Shown here in pieces: positions 53,655 to 63,401 of a stretch of DNA of 64,000 bases. The notes below the pieces were generated by a model, which saw nothing but the letters and a program-made list of their open reading frames with translations, had not been told where the DNA came from and ran no database searches. Location: NCBI GenBank assembly GCA_963665125.2, contig CAXXUK010000001.1, positions 576,001-640,000 of the forward strand, written 5' to 3'. Source of the stretch: an uncultured Desulfarculus sp. GTDB taxonomy: Bacteria > Desulfobacterota > Desulfarculia > Desulfarculales > Desulfarculaceae. Made by a program: the position numbers and the translations under genes. The number at the start of each line of letters is the position of its first letter. Position 1 is the first letter of the stretch.

Positions 53655-54719
53655 ATGAACACTCTGGAACAAAAAAGAGTTTTCGAGGTTTCGCTGTCCA
53701 TCGCCAGGCAGGTTCTGCCTTTCTTGGGAAAACAAGGCATTCCGGCAACACCTGAAAACTACATGATATTTTATCTGTATTTCGAGGGTGAGCTGCACGT
53801 TGTGCGCAAGGTGGTGGATGAACACCTGAACTCCGGCGAACCATGGACCCTGGAAACCACCAGGGAGATATTCGACCAATTGTTCAGCGCCGACGCCAAT
53901 GTCAACTTTTGGCGCCAGAACGAACGCCTGATCAATCAGGTCAGGGAAACCACCCAGCACATCCTGGCCCGCAGTGATGAAACCGCCCGGCTGGCTGATC
54001 AAACCAGCAAGAATTTCAACGACACCATTCAACTTGCCGGCGGCATGGACGGTGGTGTGCAGATAGGCGACTGGATGCGCAAGGCCCTTTCCGACATCAA
54101 ACTCATGGGCCAGGCAAGCTCCGATCTCAGCGGAGATTTGCGTAAAAAGAGCAGTGAACTCGAGAGGGCTGTGCAGACGCTGGACAAGCTCGAAGTCTTG
54201 GCCTTGACCGACGAGTTGACCCAGGTGGCCAACCGCAGGGCCTGGGAGTCGCGCATCCGGGTGGAGTTCAACCGGTTTGCCCGCTATCAGCGCCCCTGTT
54301 CGCTGATCATGATCGATATCGACGATTTCAAGGGCATCAACGACCGTTTCGGCCACCGCGTTGGTGACCAAGCCCTGGTTCAGGTGGCCAAATTGGCCAA
54401 GGAAAAGCTGCGGACCATTGACTTCATGGCCCGCTACGGCGGCGAGGAATTCACCTGCCTGCTGCCAGAGACCAACCTGGACGGGGCCTATATCGTGGCC
54501 GAGCGTCTGCGGGTGGGCTTGGCCGAACGCAACCTGGTGATCAACGGCAAAACCCGGGCCAGGATTACAGCCAGCCTGGGCGTGGCCTGCTTCAGCAAAA
54601 ACGACAATTGCCCCGAGGAGGCCCTGGAGCGGGCGGACAAGTCTATGTATCTGGCCAAAAAGCTGGGCAAGAACCTTGTCTGCGGCGAACGGGAACTGAC
54701 CCGGCAGCCGGCCTGCTGA
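53655..54719 (+). CDS. Diguanylate cyclase (GGDEF), cytoplasmic
   Basis: DELT, DIDDFK, GHRVGD, RxxD I-site (RTID), GGEEF; N-terminal TPENY helical domain. Confidence 0.93.
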   Translation: MNTLEQKRVFEVSLSIARQVLPFLGKQGIPATPENYMIFYLYFEGELHVVRKVVDEHLNSGEPWTLETTREIFDQLFSADANVNFWRQNERLINQVRETTQHILARSDETARLADQTSKNFNDTIQLAGGMDGGVQIGDWMRKALSDIKLMGQASSDLSGDLRKKSSELERAVQTLDKLEVLALTDELTQVANRRAWESRIRVEFNRFARYQRPCSLIMIDIDDFKGINDRFGHRVGDQALVQVAKLAKEKLRTIDFMARYGGEEFTCLLPETNLDGAYIVAERLRVGLAERNLVINGKTRARITASLGVACFSKNDNCPEEALERADKSMYLAKKLGKNLVCGERELTRQPAC

Positions 54720-54741
54720 CAGGCGGTATTCAAAGAAAGCC

Positions 54742-55926
54742 TTAGCCTATTCCGGCAACCTTCCTGATTATTTTGCCCATGATCCGCTTCATGGGCTTGG
54801 CCCCCTTTACGGTCAGGCTCTTGATGTCCGTGGGGAAGTTCGTGAGCAGCCGGTAGCCGTCTTGGGTGACGAGCACCGTGTCGGAGTGGCGGACGCCGCC
54901 GACGTCGGGCAGGTAGATGCCCGGTTCGATGGTGATGACCATGTTTTCAGCCAAGACCTGGTCCGAGCCCTCGGCGATCCACGGCCCTTCGTGGTTGTCC
55001 TGGCCCACGCCGTGGCCGGTGCGGTGCAGCAGGTAGTCTCCGAAGCCTTCCCGGCGCAGGAATTCCTTGGCCGCAAGATCCACCTCCACGGCGGCCACGC
55101 CCGGCCGCACCGCGGCAAAGGCCCTTTTGCGGGCCTCGGTCATGGCCGCGAATGCTTCCTTTACCTGGGCCGTGGGCGGTTTGAGGAAAAAGGTGCGCTC
55201 GTTTTCCGCCGCATAACCGTTTACCCGTAGGTAACTCAGCCAGATGTGGGGGCCGGCCCTGAATTGATCGCCGATGGCCGGCACCCCGTGGGGCTGGGCG
55301 CTGAGGGGGGCGGGCCAGGCCGCCATCATCAGGTTGGTGGCCAGGGGATCGTAGCCGACCTGCTTGATGATGGCCAGTTGCACCGACCGGCTCAGGGAGG
55401 CAATCTCCAGCAGGGTTATGCCGGGATAAGCGGCCTCCAGGATCTTTCCGGCGCCCATGTCGCAGAAACGGGCCGCGGTCTGGATCATCTCTATCTCGGC
55501 CGCCGACTTGACCAGGCGGATGTCCTCCACCAGCGGCAGGATGCGGTATTCGTGCTCGGACAAGGCCTCGACGATCTCCAGCTTCAACGACGGCTCCACG
55601 CCGATGGCCATGGTGGAGTCGAGAATGTCGTTGAGCTTTTCGCTCCAGCCTTCGCCCAACGGGGAAGGGTAGTCCCAGTACCAGATCACCTGGTCGATAT
55701 TGGGGGCGTTGCCCAGGTGCTCGCCCTCCAGGGCGGGCGTGAGCAGCACCACCGGCGGCTCGGGCCGCACGATGATGAAGAATGGCCGTTCCTGCTGTTT
55801 GTAGGATACGCCGGTGAGGTAATAGATGTTTTCCTCGTTGGTGACGATATAGGCGTCCAGGTCGCTGGCAGCCACCTGCTGTTGCAGGCTGGCCATGCGC
55901 AGGCCGTATTCTTCATTGCTGATCAT
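54742..55926 (-). CDS. M24 family Xaa-Pro (di/amino)peptidase
   Basis: Creatinase N-terminal domain, HRTGHGVG, HEGP, TIEPG, GVRHSD. Confidence 0.88.
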   Translation of the reverse strand: MISNEEYGLRMASLQQQVAASDLDAYIVTNEENIYYLTGVSYKQQERPFFIIVRPEPPVVLLTPALEGEHLGNAPNIDQVIWYWDYPSPLGEGWSEKLNDILDSTMAIGVEPSLKLEIVEALSEHEYRILPLVEDIRLVKSAAEIEMIQTAARFCDMGAGKILEAAYPGITLLEIASLSRSVQLAIIKQVGYDPLATNLMMAAWPAPLSAQPHGVPAIGDQFRAGPHIWLSYLRVNGYAAENERTFFLKPPTAQVKEAFAAMTEARKRAFAAVRPGVAAVEVDLAAKEFLRREGFGDYLLHRTGHGVGQDNHEGPWIAEGSDQVLAENMVITIEPGIYLPDVGGVRHSDTVLVTQDGYRLLTNFPTDIKSLTVKGAKPMKRIMGKIIRKVAGIG

Positions 55927-55940
55927 TACAACCCCCGAAG

Positions 55941-57533
55941 TTATTGTTGCCCGCCAAGTTCGGCTTTGGGCGGCACCAAGTCCATGGCCCGTTCGGCCAG
56001 GGCCGTTATGGTCAAGCTGGGGTTGACCCCAACGTTGGCGCTGATGGCCGAGCCGTCCACCACGTACAGGCCCGGATGGCCGAAGACCTGGTGCCCGGTG
56101 TCTATGACGCCGCCGGAGGCATCGCGGCCCATGTGGCAGCCGCCCAGGATGTGGGCCGTCACCGACATGTTGCCGATGCTTTCCAGCATGATGTTCTGGG
56201 CCGTGCCGCCGCTGATCTCGGCCATTGTCCGGGCGGCCCGGTTGGCCTGGGGCAGGTATGTCGGCGCGGCTTTTCCCGGCACTCGCCTGGAATGAAGCCC
56301 CTTGGCGAATGGCTTGACCACACTACGACAATAGACAAACGCCACCTGATTGTCCAGGTGTTGCATGACGGTGAGCACGGTTATGCGCTTGCGCCAGTTG
56401 CGGGCCCGCCACGAGGCCGTGGTCTGGCCGGGCCTGGCGATGAACGCCCCAAGGCCCTTCAGGGCCCGGCCCAGCGGCTTTTCGCCGTCCACCAGGGCCC
56501 CCATGTACCAGCGCATGAAACGGTAGCCCTCGGGGAAGCGGTTCTGAGTGATGTGGGTGTGCGCGTCGGGATAAAAGTGGGAGCTGATGCTGTTGCCCCT
56601 GGTGAGGTCTTCGTCTTTGTCCGGCGAGAGCACGGCCACGATTGCCTCGCTGTTGGTGCGCACCACCCGGCCCAGCTGATCCGAGACGCCGGGCAGGGTG
56701 CCCAGTTTGTCCCGGCAGCGGAAGAGCAACTCCAGGGTGCCCAGGACGCCGCCGGAGAGAACCACATTTCGGGATATGATTTCCGGGTGGCGTTTGCCTG
56801 TCATGGCCGGGCGTCTGGCTTGCAGTTTGTAGCCGCCGCCGGGTAGGGGGGCGATTGAGCGGACCTTGTACGACGGCAGGATCTTGGCCCCGGCCTTTTG
56901 GGCCAGGTGCAGGTAATTGCGGTCCAGGGTGTTTTTGGCGCCTTCGCCGCAGCCGGTGAGGCAGTCGCCGCAGAGCTTGCAGCCGGTTCGCCGGGGGCCT
57001 TTGCCGCCGAAAAACGGATCATCCACGGTTTCGCCGGGCTTGCCGAAGTAGATGCCGTTGGGCGTGGGGCCGAAAGTGCCGCCCGCGCCCATGGCCCGGG
57101 CCGTCTGCTCCAGCAGGTGGTCCATCTTGTCGTAGACCGGGTTTTCCACAACGCCGAGCATTGCCTTGGCCGTGGCGTAGTGGGGCTCAAGCTCCGTCTG
57201 CCAATTCACTCCCAGGCCGCTCCAGGCCTCGTCCTCGAAGAACTCCGGCTTGGGCTCCAGCAGAACGGCTGCGTAGACCAGGCTGCCGCCGCCCACGCCC
57301 ACGCCATGCACCACCCCCACATGGCGGAAGATGGGCTGGCCGAAAAAACCGTGCATGCCCAGTTGCGGAGCCCATAGAAAATGCCGCACGCTGCTGTCGG
57401 CCTTTTTGACCTCCTCCGGGCCGATCCATTTGCCCTGTTCCAGCACCGCCACCGAGTAGCCTTTTTCGGCCAGACGCAGGGCGCAGACGCTGCCCCCGAA
57501 TCCGCTGCCGACGATCACATAGTCGAAATTCAT
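55941..57533 (-). CDS. GMC oxidoreductase, cholesterol oxidase (ChoD)-like
   Basis: [15 protein letters not shown], CxxCGxCxx[16 protein letters not shown]. Confidence 0.87.
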   Translation of the reverse strand: MNFDYVIVGSGFGGSVCALRLAEKGYSVAVLEQGKWIGPEEVKKADSSVRHFLWAPQLGMHGFFGQPIFRHVGVVHGVGVGGGSLVYAAVLLEPKPEFFEDEAWSGLGVNWQTELEPHYATAKAMLGVVENPVYDKMDHLLEQTARAMGAGGTFGPTPNGIYFGKPGETVDDPFFGGKGPRRTGCKLCGDCLTGCGEGAKNTLDRNYLHLAQKAGAKILPSYKVRSIAPLPGGGYKLQARRPAMTGKRHPEIISRNVVLSGGVLGTLELLFRCRDKLGTLPGVSDQLGRVVRTNSEAIVAVLSPDKDEDLTRGNSISSHFYPDAHTHITQNRFPEGYRFMRWYMGALVDGEKPLGRALKGLGAFIARPGQTTASWRARNWRKRITVLTVMQHLDNQVAFVYCRSVVKPFAKGLHSRRVPGKAAPTYLPQANRAARTMAEISGGTAQNIMLESIGNMSVTAHILGGCHMGRDASGGVIDTGHQVFGHPGLYVVDGSAISANVGVNPSLTITALAERAMDLVPPKAELGGQQ

Positions 57534-57749
57534 CCCCACCGCCCGTAATCATGAGTAAAAACTAGAAGATATTAATATATTTAAACGATGGAAATAAAGG
57601 GCCGGTGTGCGGTTTTAATGCCCTAAAAGATATGGTTGATTATGGGACGCTTTCCTTGCTTCCGCCTGCGCATCGGAGTAAAGTTTTGGCGTCATCGTCA
57701 TTGAATCTGTATCGGGGCGGATTCGCCCCCCAGGATAAGGAGCCAGCAA

Positions 57750-59480
57750 GTGAGTCTCAACGTTGTGATCATCGGTGCTGTGGCAGCCGGGCCCAAAACC
57801 GCCTGCCGGATCAAGCGCGTACTGCCCGAAGCAAACGTTACAATGATCGACCGCGACACCTATATATCTTATGGTGGCTGCGGCATTCCTTTTTATGTCG
57901 GCGGTGATGTTGCCGACGTGAAAGAGCTGTTATCCACCAGCTTCCACATGGTCCGTGATCCGCAGTTCTTCAAGGGCGCCAAGGGCGTGGACGTGCTCAC
58001 CGCCACCGAGGCCACGGCCATCGACCGCCAGGCCAAGATCGTCAAGATCAAGAGCCTGCAGACCGGCGAAGAGTCTGAACTACCCTATGACAAACTGATG
58101 ATCGCCACCGGCGCACGGGCCTCTGTGCCGCCCATACCCGGCGCGGACGCCGAGGGCGTCTACACAGTGGCCAACCTGCATGACGCCAGGGCCATCAAGG
58201 GCCTGGTCAGCAAGGGCATGGTCGGTACGGCGGCCATCATCGGCGCCGGAGCCACGGGTCTGGAAATGGCCGAATCCCTGGCCGACCTGTGGGGTCTTGA
58301 GGTGCACATCATCGAGCAGGCCGAGCAATTTCTGCCGGGCATCCTGGACAAGGACATGGCCAAGATGCTGCAAACCCGCCTGGCCGACCAGGACGACATC
58401 ACCCTGCACCTGGGTGCTTCGGTTTCAAAGATCATGGTGGACGAAGAGGGCAAGGCCGCCGGAGTGGTGGTCGACGGCCAGGATATCGAGGCCGATCTGG
58501 TGATTCTGGCCACCGGCGTGCGGCCCAATGTGGACCTGGCCGTTGACACCGGGTTGGCGGTCGTCGAACGTGGCGGCATAAAGGTCGACGAGCGCATGTG
58601 CACCAGCGACCCGGACATCTTCGCCGCCGGCGACTGCGTCAGCACGGTCAACCAGCTTACCGGCAAAAGCGCCTATATCGCCGCCGGTTCCCTGGCCAAC
58701 CGCATGGGCCGTGTGGCGGCCACCAACATCTGCGGCGGCAACGCCACCTTCCCCGGCGTCGTGGGTTCATGGTGCATCAAGCTCTTTGGCTTGGCCGCAG
58801 CCCGCACCGGCCTCAACGAGGCCGATGCCAAAGCCCAGGGCCTGGACGTGGTGGCTCCCATCGTGGTCCAGGCCGACCGGGCCCACTTCCACCCGGACAT
58901 GTCCATGATGTACACCAAGCTGGTGGTGGAAAAGGGCTCCCGCAGGCTGCTGGGCTTCACGGCCGTGGGCGAAAGCGGCGACGCGGTGGTGGGCCGGGTC
59001 AATGCCGTGGCCGCCCTGTTGCAAAGCGGCGCCGAACTGGAAGACCTGGCCAACCTGGAACTGGCCTACAGCCCGCCCCTGGGCGCGGCGGTGGACATCC
59101 TCAACTCGGCCGCATACGTGGCCGAAAATATGATCGAGGGCCGTTTGCGGGCCATCACGCCCGATGACTTCATGGCCCGCCTGGCCCGGGAAGACGGTCC
59201 GCTTATCTTCGACGTGCGGGCCATCGACAACGTAGCGCCGTTTCTGGAGGCCTTGGCTCCCCGCTGGAAGCACCTGCCCCAGGAGACCATCGTGGGCCGG
59301 GAGGGCGAAGTGCCCAACAACGGCGAGGTGCTGTTGATCTGCAACTCCGGCGCCCGCTCGTACGAGGCCCAGCGCCAACTCGAAGCCGCGGGCTACACCA
59401 ATACGGTCAATGTCAGCGGCGGCATGGCGGCCATCCGGATGTGCGGCAATCAGATAATTCCGCCAAAGGGAGACAGCTAG
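57750..59480 (+). CDS. CoA-disulfide reductase-rhodanese fusion (Npsr/CoADR-RHD-like)
   Basis: GAVAAG, SYGGCG redox Cys, GAGATG, YSPP, C-terminal rhodanese CNSGARS. Confidence 0.88.
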   Translation: MSLNVVIIGAVAAGPKTACRIKRVLPEANVTMIDRDTYISYGGCGIPFYVGGDVADVKELLSTSFHMVRDPQFFKGAKGVDVLTATEATAIDRQAKIVKIKSLQTGEESELPYDKLMIATGARASVPPIPGADAEGVYTVANLHDARAIKGLVSKGMVGTAAIIGAGATGLEMAESLADLWGLEVHIIEQAEQFLPGILDKDMAKMLQTRLADQDDITLHLGASVSKIMVDEEGKAAGVVVDGQDIEADLVILATGVRPNVDLAVDTGLAVVERGGIKVDERMCTSDPDIFAAGDCVSTVNQLTGKSAYIAAGSLANRMGRVAATNICGGNATFPGVVGSWCIKLFGLAAARTGLNEADAKAQGLDVVAPIVVQADRAHFHPDMSMMYTKLVVEKGSRRLLGFTAVGESGDAVVGRVNAVAALLQSGAELEDLANLELAYSPPLGAAVDILNSAAYVAENMIEGRLRAITPDDFMARLAREDGPLIFDVRAIDNVAPFLEALAPRWKHLPQETIVGREGEVPNNGEVLLICNSGARSYEAQRQLEAAGYTNTVNVSGGMAAIRMCGNQIIPPKGDS

Positions 59481-59482
59481 GC

Positions 59483-60211
59483 ATGGGATACCGGATCACC
59501 CCCATCGTCTGCGGGCTCAACGCCACCGACCAGGGCGTCATGACCTACATGCGCCACTACGGCAAGGCCATCTACATCCCCATCTATGTGTTTCTGCTGG
59601 ATGACGGCCAGCGCAAACTGCTCATAGACACGGGCCTGGAGGATTTTCTGATCCCCGAGGGCGTGGAGGGTGACCTGGGCCTCAAGGCTGAATACCTTGA
59701 CGAGGCCCTGGAACGCCTGGGCGTGAAACCCGAGGATATCCAAGGGGTGATCCATACCCATCTGCACAACGACCACTGCGAAAACGACGCCATGTTTGAA
59801 AACGCCAAGGTCTACGTGCAAAAGGCCGAGTGGGATTTTTGCCAAAACCCCCATCCCCTGGATCACCGCTACGACGCCGATTATCTGGAAGGATGCGACC
59901 TGGTCGAGGTTGAGGGCGATGCCGAGATCTTTCCCGGCGTGCGGGTGGTCTTCACGCCGGGGCATACGCCGGGCGGCCAGTCGGTGGTGGTTGACACGGA
60001 TAACTCCGGCAAGGTGCTAATCACCGGATTTTGCTGTAACGAACAGAACTTCCCCTCGGCCGGACCGGCCGTGGCGCCTGGCGTGCATACCGACGCCTTG
60101 GCCGGTTGGAACTCGGCCAACAAGGTGAAGCAAATGCTCGAAGACGGTGAGATCGACCTCATCGTGCCTTGCCATGCCATATGGCCGGGCCAGAAGGGCG
60201 TCATCGACTGA
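59483..60211 (+). CDS. Metallo-beta-lactamase fold hydrolase (AHL-lactonase-like family)
   Basis: DTG, THLHNDH (HxHxDH), TPGHTPG, terminal PCH. Confidence 0.85.
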   Translation: MGYRITPIVCGLNATDQGVMTYMRHYGKAIYIPIYVFLLDDGQRKLLIDTGLEDFLIPEGVEGDLGLKAEYLDEALERLGVKPEDIQGVIHTHLHNDHCENDAMFENAKVYVQKAEWDFCQNPHPLDHRYDADYLEGCDLVEVEGDAEIFPGVRVVFTPGHTPGGQSVVVDTDNSGKVLITGFCCNEQNFPSAGPAVAPGVHTDALAGWNSANKVKQMLEDGEIDLIVPCHAIWPGQKGVID

Positions 60212-60271
60212 GGCTTGAGTATGCCATCGGCAGTGGGCTAAGATGGGCCGAACTCTAGCCGGAGGATTTTG

Positions 60272-61705
60272 TTGGCAACCAAGCTTGTGGTGATCGGGGC
60301 CGGGCCCGGCGGATACATGGCCGCCATCAGGTCCGCCCAACTGGGCGCGGACGTAACGGTAATCGAAAAGGGCCCAACGGGCGGCGTGTGCCTCAACTGG
60401 GGCTGCATACCCACCAAGGCCCTCAAGGCCACGGCCGAGGCCATGGACTTGGCCAAGGACCTGGCTGCCTACGGCCTGCGGGGCGGAGCGGACGTCGGCG
60501 TGGACATGCCCGCGGTCATCGCCCGCAAGGACGGCATTGTCCAAACCCTGGTCACGGCAATTGAAAAGCTGTTCAAGGCCTACAAAATCCAACTGATCCA
60601 TGGGCACGCCCGCCTGGAGGGACCGGGTGTCGTGGCGGTGGAGACCGATGACGGCGGGCAGCAGATTAGTTACGACCGCCTGATCATCGCCAGCGGCTCC
60701 GGCCCGGCGGATCTGCCCGGCCTGGAGCGCGACGGCCAATACTTTCTTGATTCCACGGATGCCCTTAATCTGACCGAGGTTCCCGAAAGCCTGGCCATTG
60801 TCGGCGGTGGGGTTATCGGCTGCGAGTTCGCGGGCATCTACGCATCCCTAGGCAGCAAAGTGACCGTCATCGAGGCCCTGGACCGGCTGCTGCCCATGGA
60901 TTCCATTGATTCCGACACCTCCAAGACCCTGCAACGCGAGTTCAAGAAGCGCGGCGTCAAGGCCATCACCGGGGCCATGGTCACCAGCGCCACGGTTGAC
61001 GGCGGCATGGTCACCCTGGGATTGGGGCCATCGACTTTGGCCGCCAAGCCCATCAAAAAGCCTCAACAGGTCCAGGCCGACAAGGTGTTGGTCTCGGTGG
61101 GACGTAAACTAAACACCGCTGATATTGGTTTGGCCGAGGCCGGGGTGGAGCTTGACCAGCGCGGGGCCATAAAAGTTGATGAGCATCTACAAACCAGCCT
61201 GCCCGGCGTATACGCCATTGGCGATTGCCTGGGGGTGGGTAGGCCCCTGTTGGCGCACCTGGCCGGGGCCGAGGGCAGGGTGGCCGTAGCTAATGCCCTG
61301 GGCGCCGGCGATACGGTTAACTACGATGTGGTGCCTTCGGCCATTTTCACCACGCCCGAGGCCGCTTCCGTGGGCCTCACCGCCGAGCAGGCCATTGATC
61401 GCGGCATTGAAGTAAATACCGGCACATTCATGTTCCGTCAGTTGGGCAAAAGCCAGGCCATGGGCCATATCGACGGCCACGTCAAGCTCATCGGCGCCGC
61501 CGGTGACGGTCGCCTGCTGGGCGCCCATATCATCGGTCCCCATGCCACGGATCTGATTCATGAATGCGCCCTGGCCCTGCAAACCGGGGCCACGGTGGAA
61601 GACATCGCCCATATGATCCACGCCCATCCGACCCTTAGCGAGGGCGTGGCCGAGGCCGCCGAGACGCTGTTGGGCGTATGCCTGCACGCGCCGCCGGTCA
61701 AGTGA
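60272..61705 (+). CDS. lpdA: Dihydrolipoamide dehydrogenase
   Basis: GAGPGG, GGVCLNWGCIPTK, GGGVIG, HAHPTLSE. Confidence 0.94.
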   Translation: MATKLVVIGAGPGGYMAAIRSAQLGADVTVIEKGPTGGVCLNWGCIPTKALKATAEAMDLAKDLAAYGLRGGADVGVDMPAVIARKDGIVQTLVTAIEKLFKAYKIQLIHGHARLEGPGVVAVETDDGGQQISYDRLIIASGSGPADLPGLERDGQYFLDSTDALNLTEVPESLAIVGGGVIGCEFAGIYASLGSKVTVIEALDRLLPMDSIDSDTSKTLQREFKKRGVKAITGAMVTSATVDGGMVTLGLGPSTLAAKPIKKPQQVQADKVLVSVGRKLNTADIGLAEAGVELDQRGAIKVDEHLQTSLPGVYAIGDCLGVGRPLLAHLAGAEGRVAVANALGAGDTVNYDVVPSAIFTTPEAASVGLTAEQAIDRGIEVNTGTFMFRQLGKSQAMGHIDGHVKLIGAAGDGRLLGAHIIGPHATDLIHECALALQTGATVEDIAHMIHAHPTLSEGVAEAAETLLGVCLHAPPVK

Positions 61706-61712
61706 GGATGTC

Positions 61713-62198
61713 TTGCTTTACGTGACGCTCAGAGCCCGGACCATAGACACGGTGGCGGACCTGTCGGAGGCCGAGCGCCACGTAATGCAAAAGCTCATCG
61801 CCTGGGAGCGCCTGGGGCCGGAGCCCGCTGAATTCAAGGGCAAGAGGGATGGTGCCCTGCGTGTGGGTTGGGACGGCCGGGGCCCAGTGCGGGCGTCGGC
61901 GGCCTTGCGGGAGGTCTGCGACGACCTTTCAGCGCGGGTGGCCATCGCCAAAGGCGTCCGGCCCGGTCCGGGCTGGCTGTTTTGCCAGATATGGCCAGGC
62001 AGATACAGCGGCGGCGGACTGCGCATCAAACAGGAAACGGGGCCGGAATGTGTTGTGGAGGTCATGGACGCGGCCGACCAGCCCCGTGGTATGCTGCGCC
62101 TGGAGCCAGGGCAGACCCTGGAACAGGCTGTCGTTCAGATCGCCTCGGGCGGCCCGCTGGCCCGGCGGATCAGGGACATGGGCCTGCGGCTCAGATAG
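61713..62198 (+). CDS. Hypothetical protein
   Basis: GAGG RBS, fills the gap between lpdA and the convergent amidohydrolase. No motif recognised. Confidence 0.6.
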   Translation: MLYVTLRARTIDTVADLSEAERHVMQKLIAWERLGPEPAEFKGKRDGALRVGWDGRGPVRASAALREVCDDLSARVAIAKGVRPGPGWLFCQIWPGRYSGGGLRIKQETGPECVVEVMDAADQPRGMLRLEPGQTLEQAVVQIASGGPLARRIRDMGLRLR

Positions 62199-63399
62199 AA
62201 TCCCCGCTTGAATCAGGATTACCCACCGGCCGGGGCGGCGCGGCGTGATCGCCGCAGACCACGGCGGCCAGGGCGTTTTCTCCGGTTAGGCCCGGAGCCA
62301 AATCCGCATAGCACAGAGGAGCCACGGCCCCTTCCCCGATAAATCCGAAAAGATGCCCCAGGCCCAGGGCCTCGGCCCCGCCGCTGGTGGCCATGGTCAA
62401 GACGGCCTCGGGCGGCAGGCCGGGAAAACGCCGCGAAATTTCGGCCAATTCCCGCCACAGGTTCAGGTCCGGGCAAGACGAAAGCGAATCCGTGCCCAGG
62501 CAGAGGTTGATCCCGGCGTCATGCATGGCCTGGACATCGGCCAGGCTGCCGGTGAGCCCCAGGTTGGAGCGGGGGCAGGCGCACACCGAGGCCTTGGCCG
62601 CGGCCACCTGGGCGATTTCGTTTTGGTTGAGCTGTACGCAGTGGATCAGCAGGGTGTTATGGTCCAGGCCGCCCAGGTTGATCAGATGCTGCAAGGGCCT
62701 CTCGGCGCTGATCCCCAGCTTTTCGCGTTGAACCCCGCGCACCTTCAGGAAATCATCCAGCCGCAGGCCTTGGGGTCCGCTGCCGGCGATGTATTCCATT
62801 TCGGCCGTTGACTCTGCCATGTGCATGCAAAAGATGTTGCCGTCGGCCAGTTTTTTCAGTTCGGCGATGCGCCAGCCGGGCACGGAATAGGGCGAGTGGG
62901 CCGCCACGCCCTGGGCCTCCAAAACACCGCCGCGCCAAAGGGCCTCGGGGGCGGGCGGCGGGCAATTGGCGGCGCCCAGGGCCTCGAAGAGGCTTACGGC
63001 GTGCAAGCCCGCGTTGTACAGGGCCTGGCGGGCCAGGCCGGTGTTGGTTATGTCGCCCACCAGGGCGATGCCGAGGGCGGCCATTTCCTTTGCCGCTTCA
63101 GAAGTGGCTTTGGATGCTTCATCCGGGTCTTGATTGGGGCGGATTTCCACCAGACGCAGCAGCCAATCCATGAAATCGCCTTGGGGCGTGATTTGGCCGC
63201 GCATGCCCGAGAGTTCCACATGGGTGTGGGCGTTGACCAGGCCGGGCATCAGCATGCCGTCGCCCATATCCCTCGCCTCTGCGCCGCGGGGCTCCACGGC
63301 AACCACCCGGCCGCCGCGCAGGCGCACTTGCAGACCATCGCCGAGCCGCCCCGGCCCCAGCCAGACATGCCGCGCGGTGATGACCTGTTCTTTACCCAC
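62191..63399 (-). CDS. Amidohydrolase-family deaminase (candidate aminodeoxyfutalosine deaminase)
   Basis: PGLVNAHTH, HSPYS, HMAES, IHCVQ, CPRSN, GTDS. Follows mqnC by 2 nt. Confidence 0.8.
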   Translation of the reverse strand: MGKEQVITARHVWLGPGRLGDGLQVRLRGGRVVAVEPRGAEARDMGDGMLMPGLVNAHTHVELSGMRGQITPQGDFMDWLLRLVEIRPNQDPDEASKATSEAAKEMAALGIALVGDITNTGLARQALYNAGLHAVSLFEALGAANCPPPAPEALWRGGVLEAQGVAAHSPYSVPGWRIAELKKLADGNIFCMHMAESTAEMEYIAGSGPQGLRLDDFLKVRGVQREKLGISAERPLQHLINLGGLDHNTLLIHCVQLNQNEIAQVAAAKASVCACPRSNLGLTGSLADVQAMHDAGINLCLGTDSLSSCPDLNLWRELAEISRRFPGLPPEAVLTMATSGGAEALGLGHLFGFIGEGAVAPLCYADLAPGLTGENALAAVVCGDHAAPPRPVGNPDSSGDSI

Positions 63400-63401
63400 G
63401 G

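Noticed and set aside
41282..61705. Selenocysteine readthrough in the redox or sulfur genes
   Set aside because: Active-site positions are Cys codons, and the TGA stops coincide with expected protein ends.
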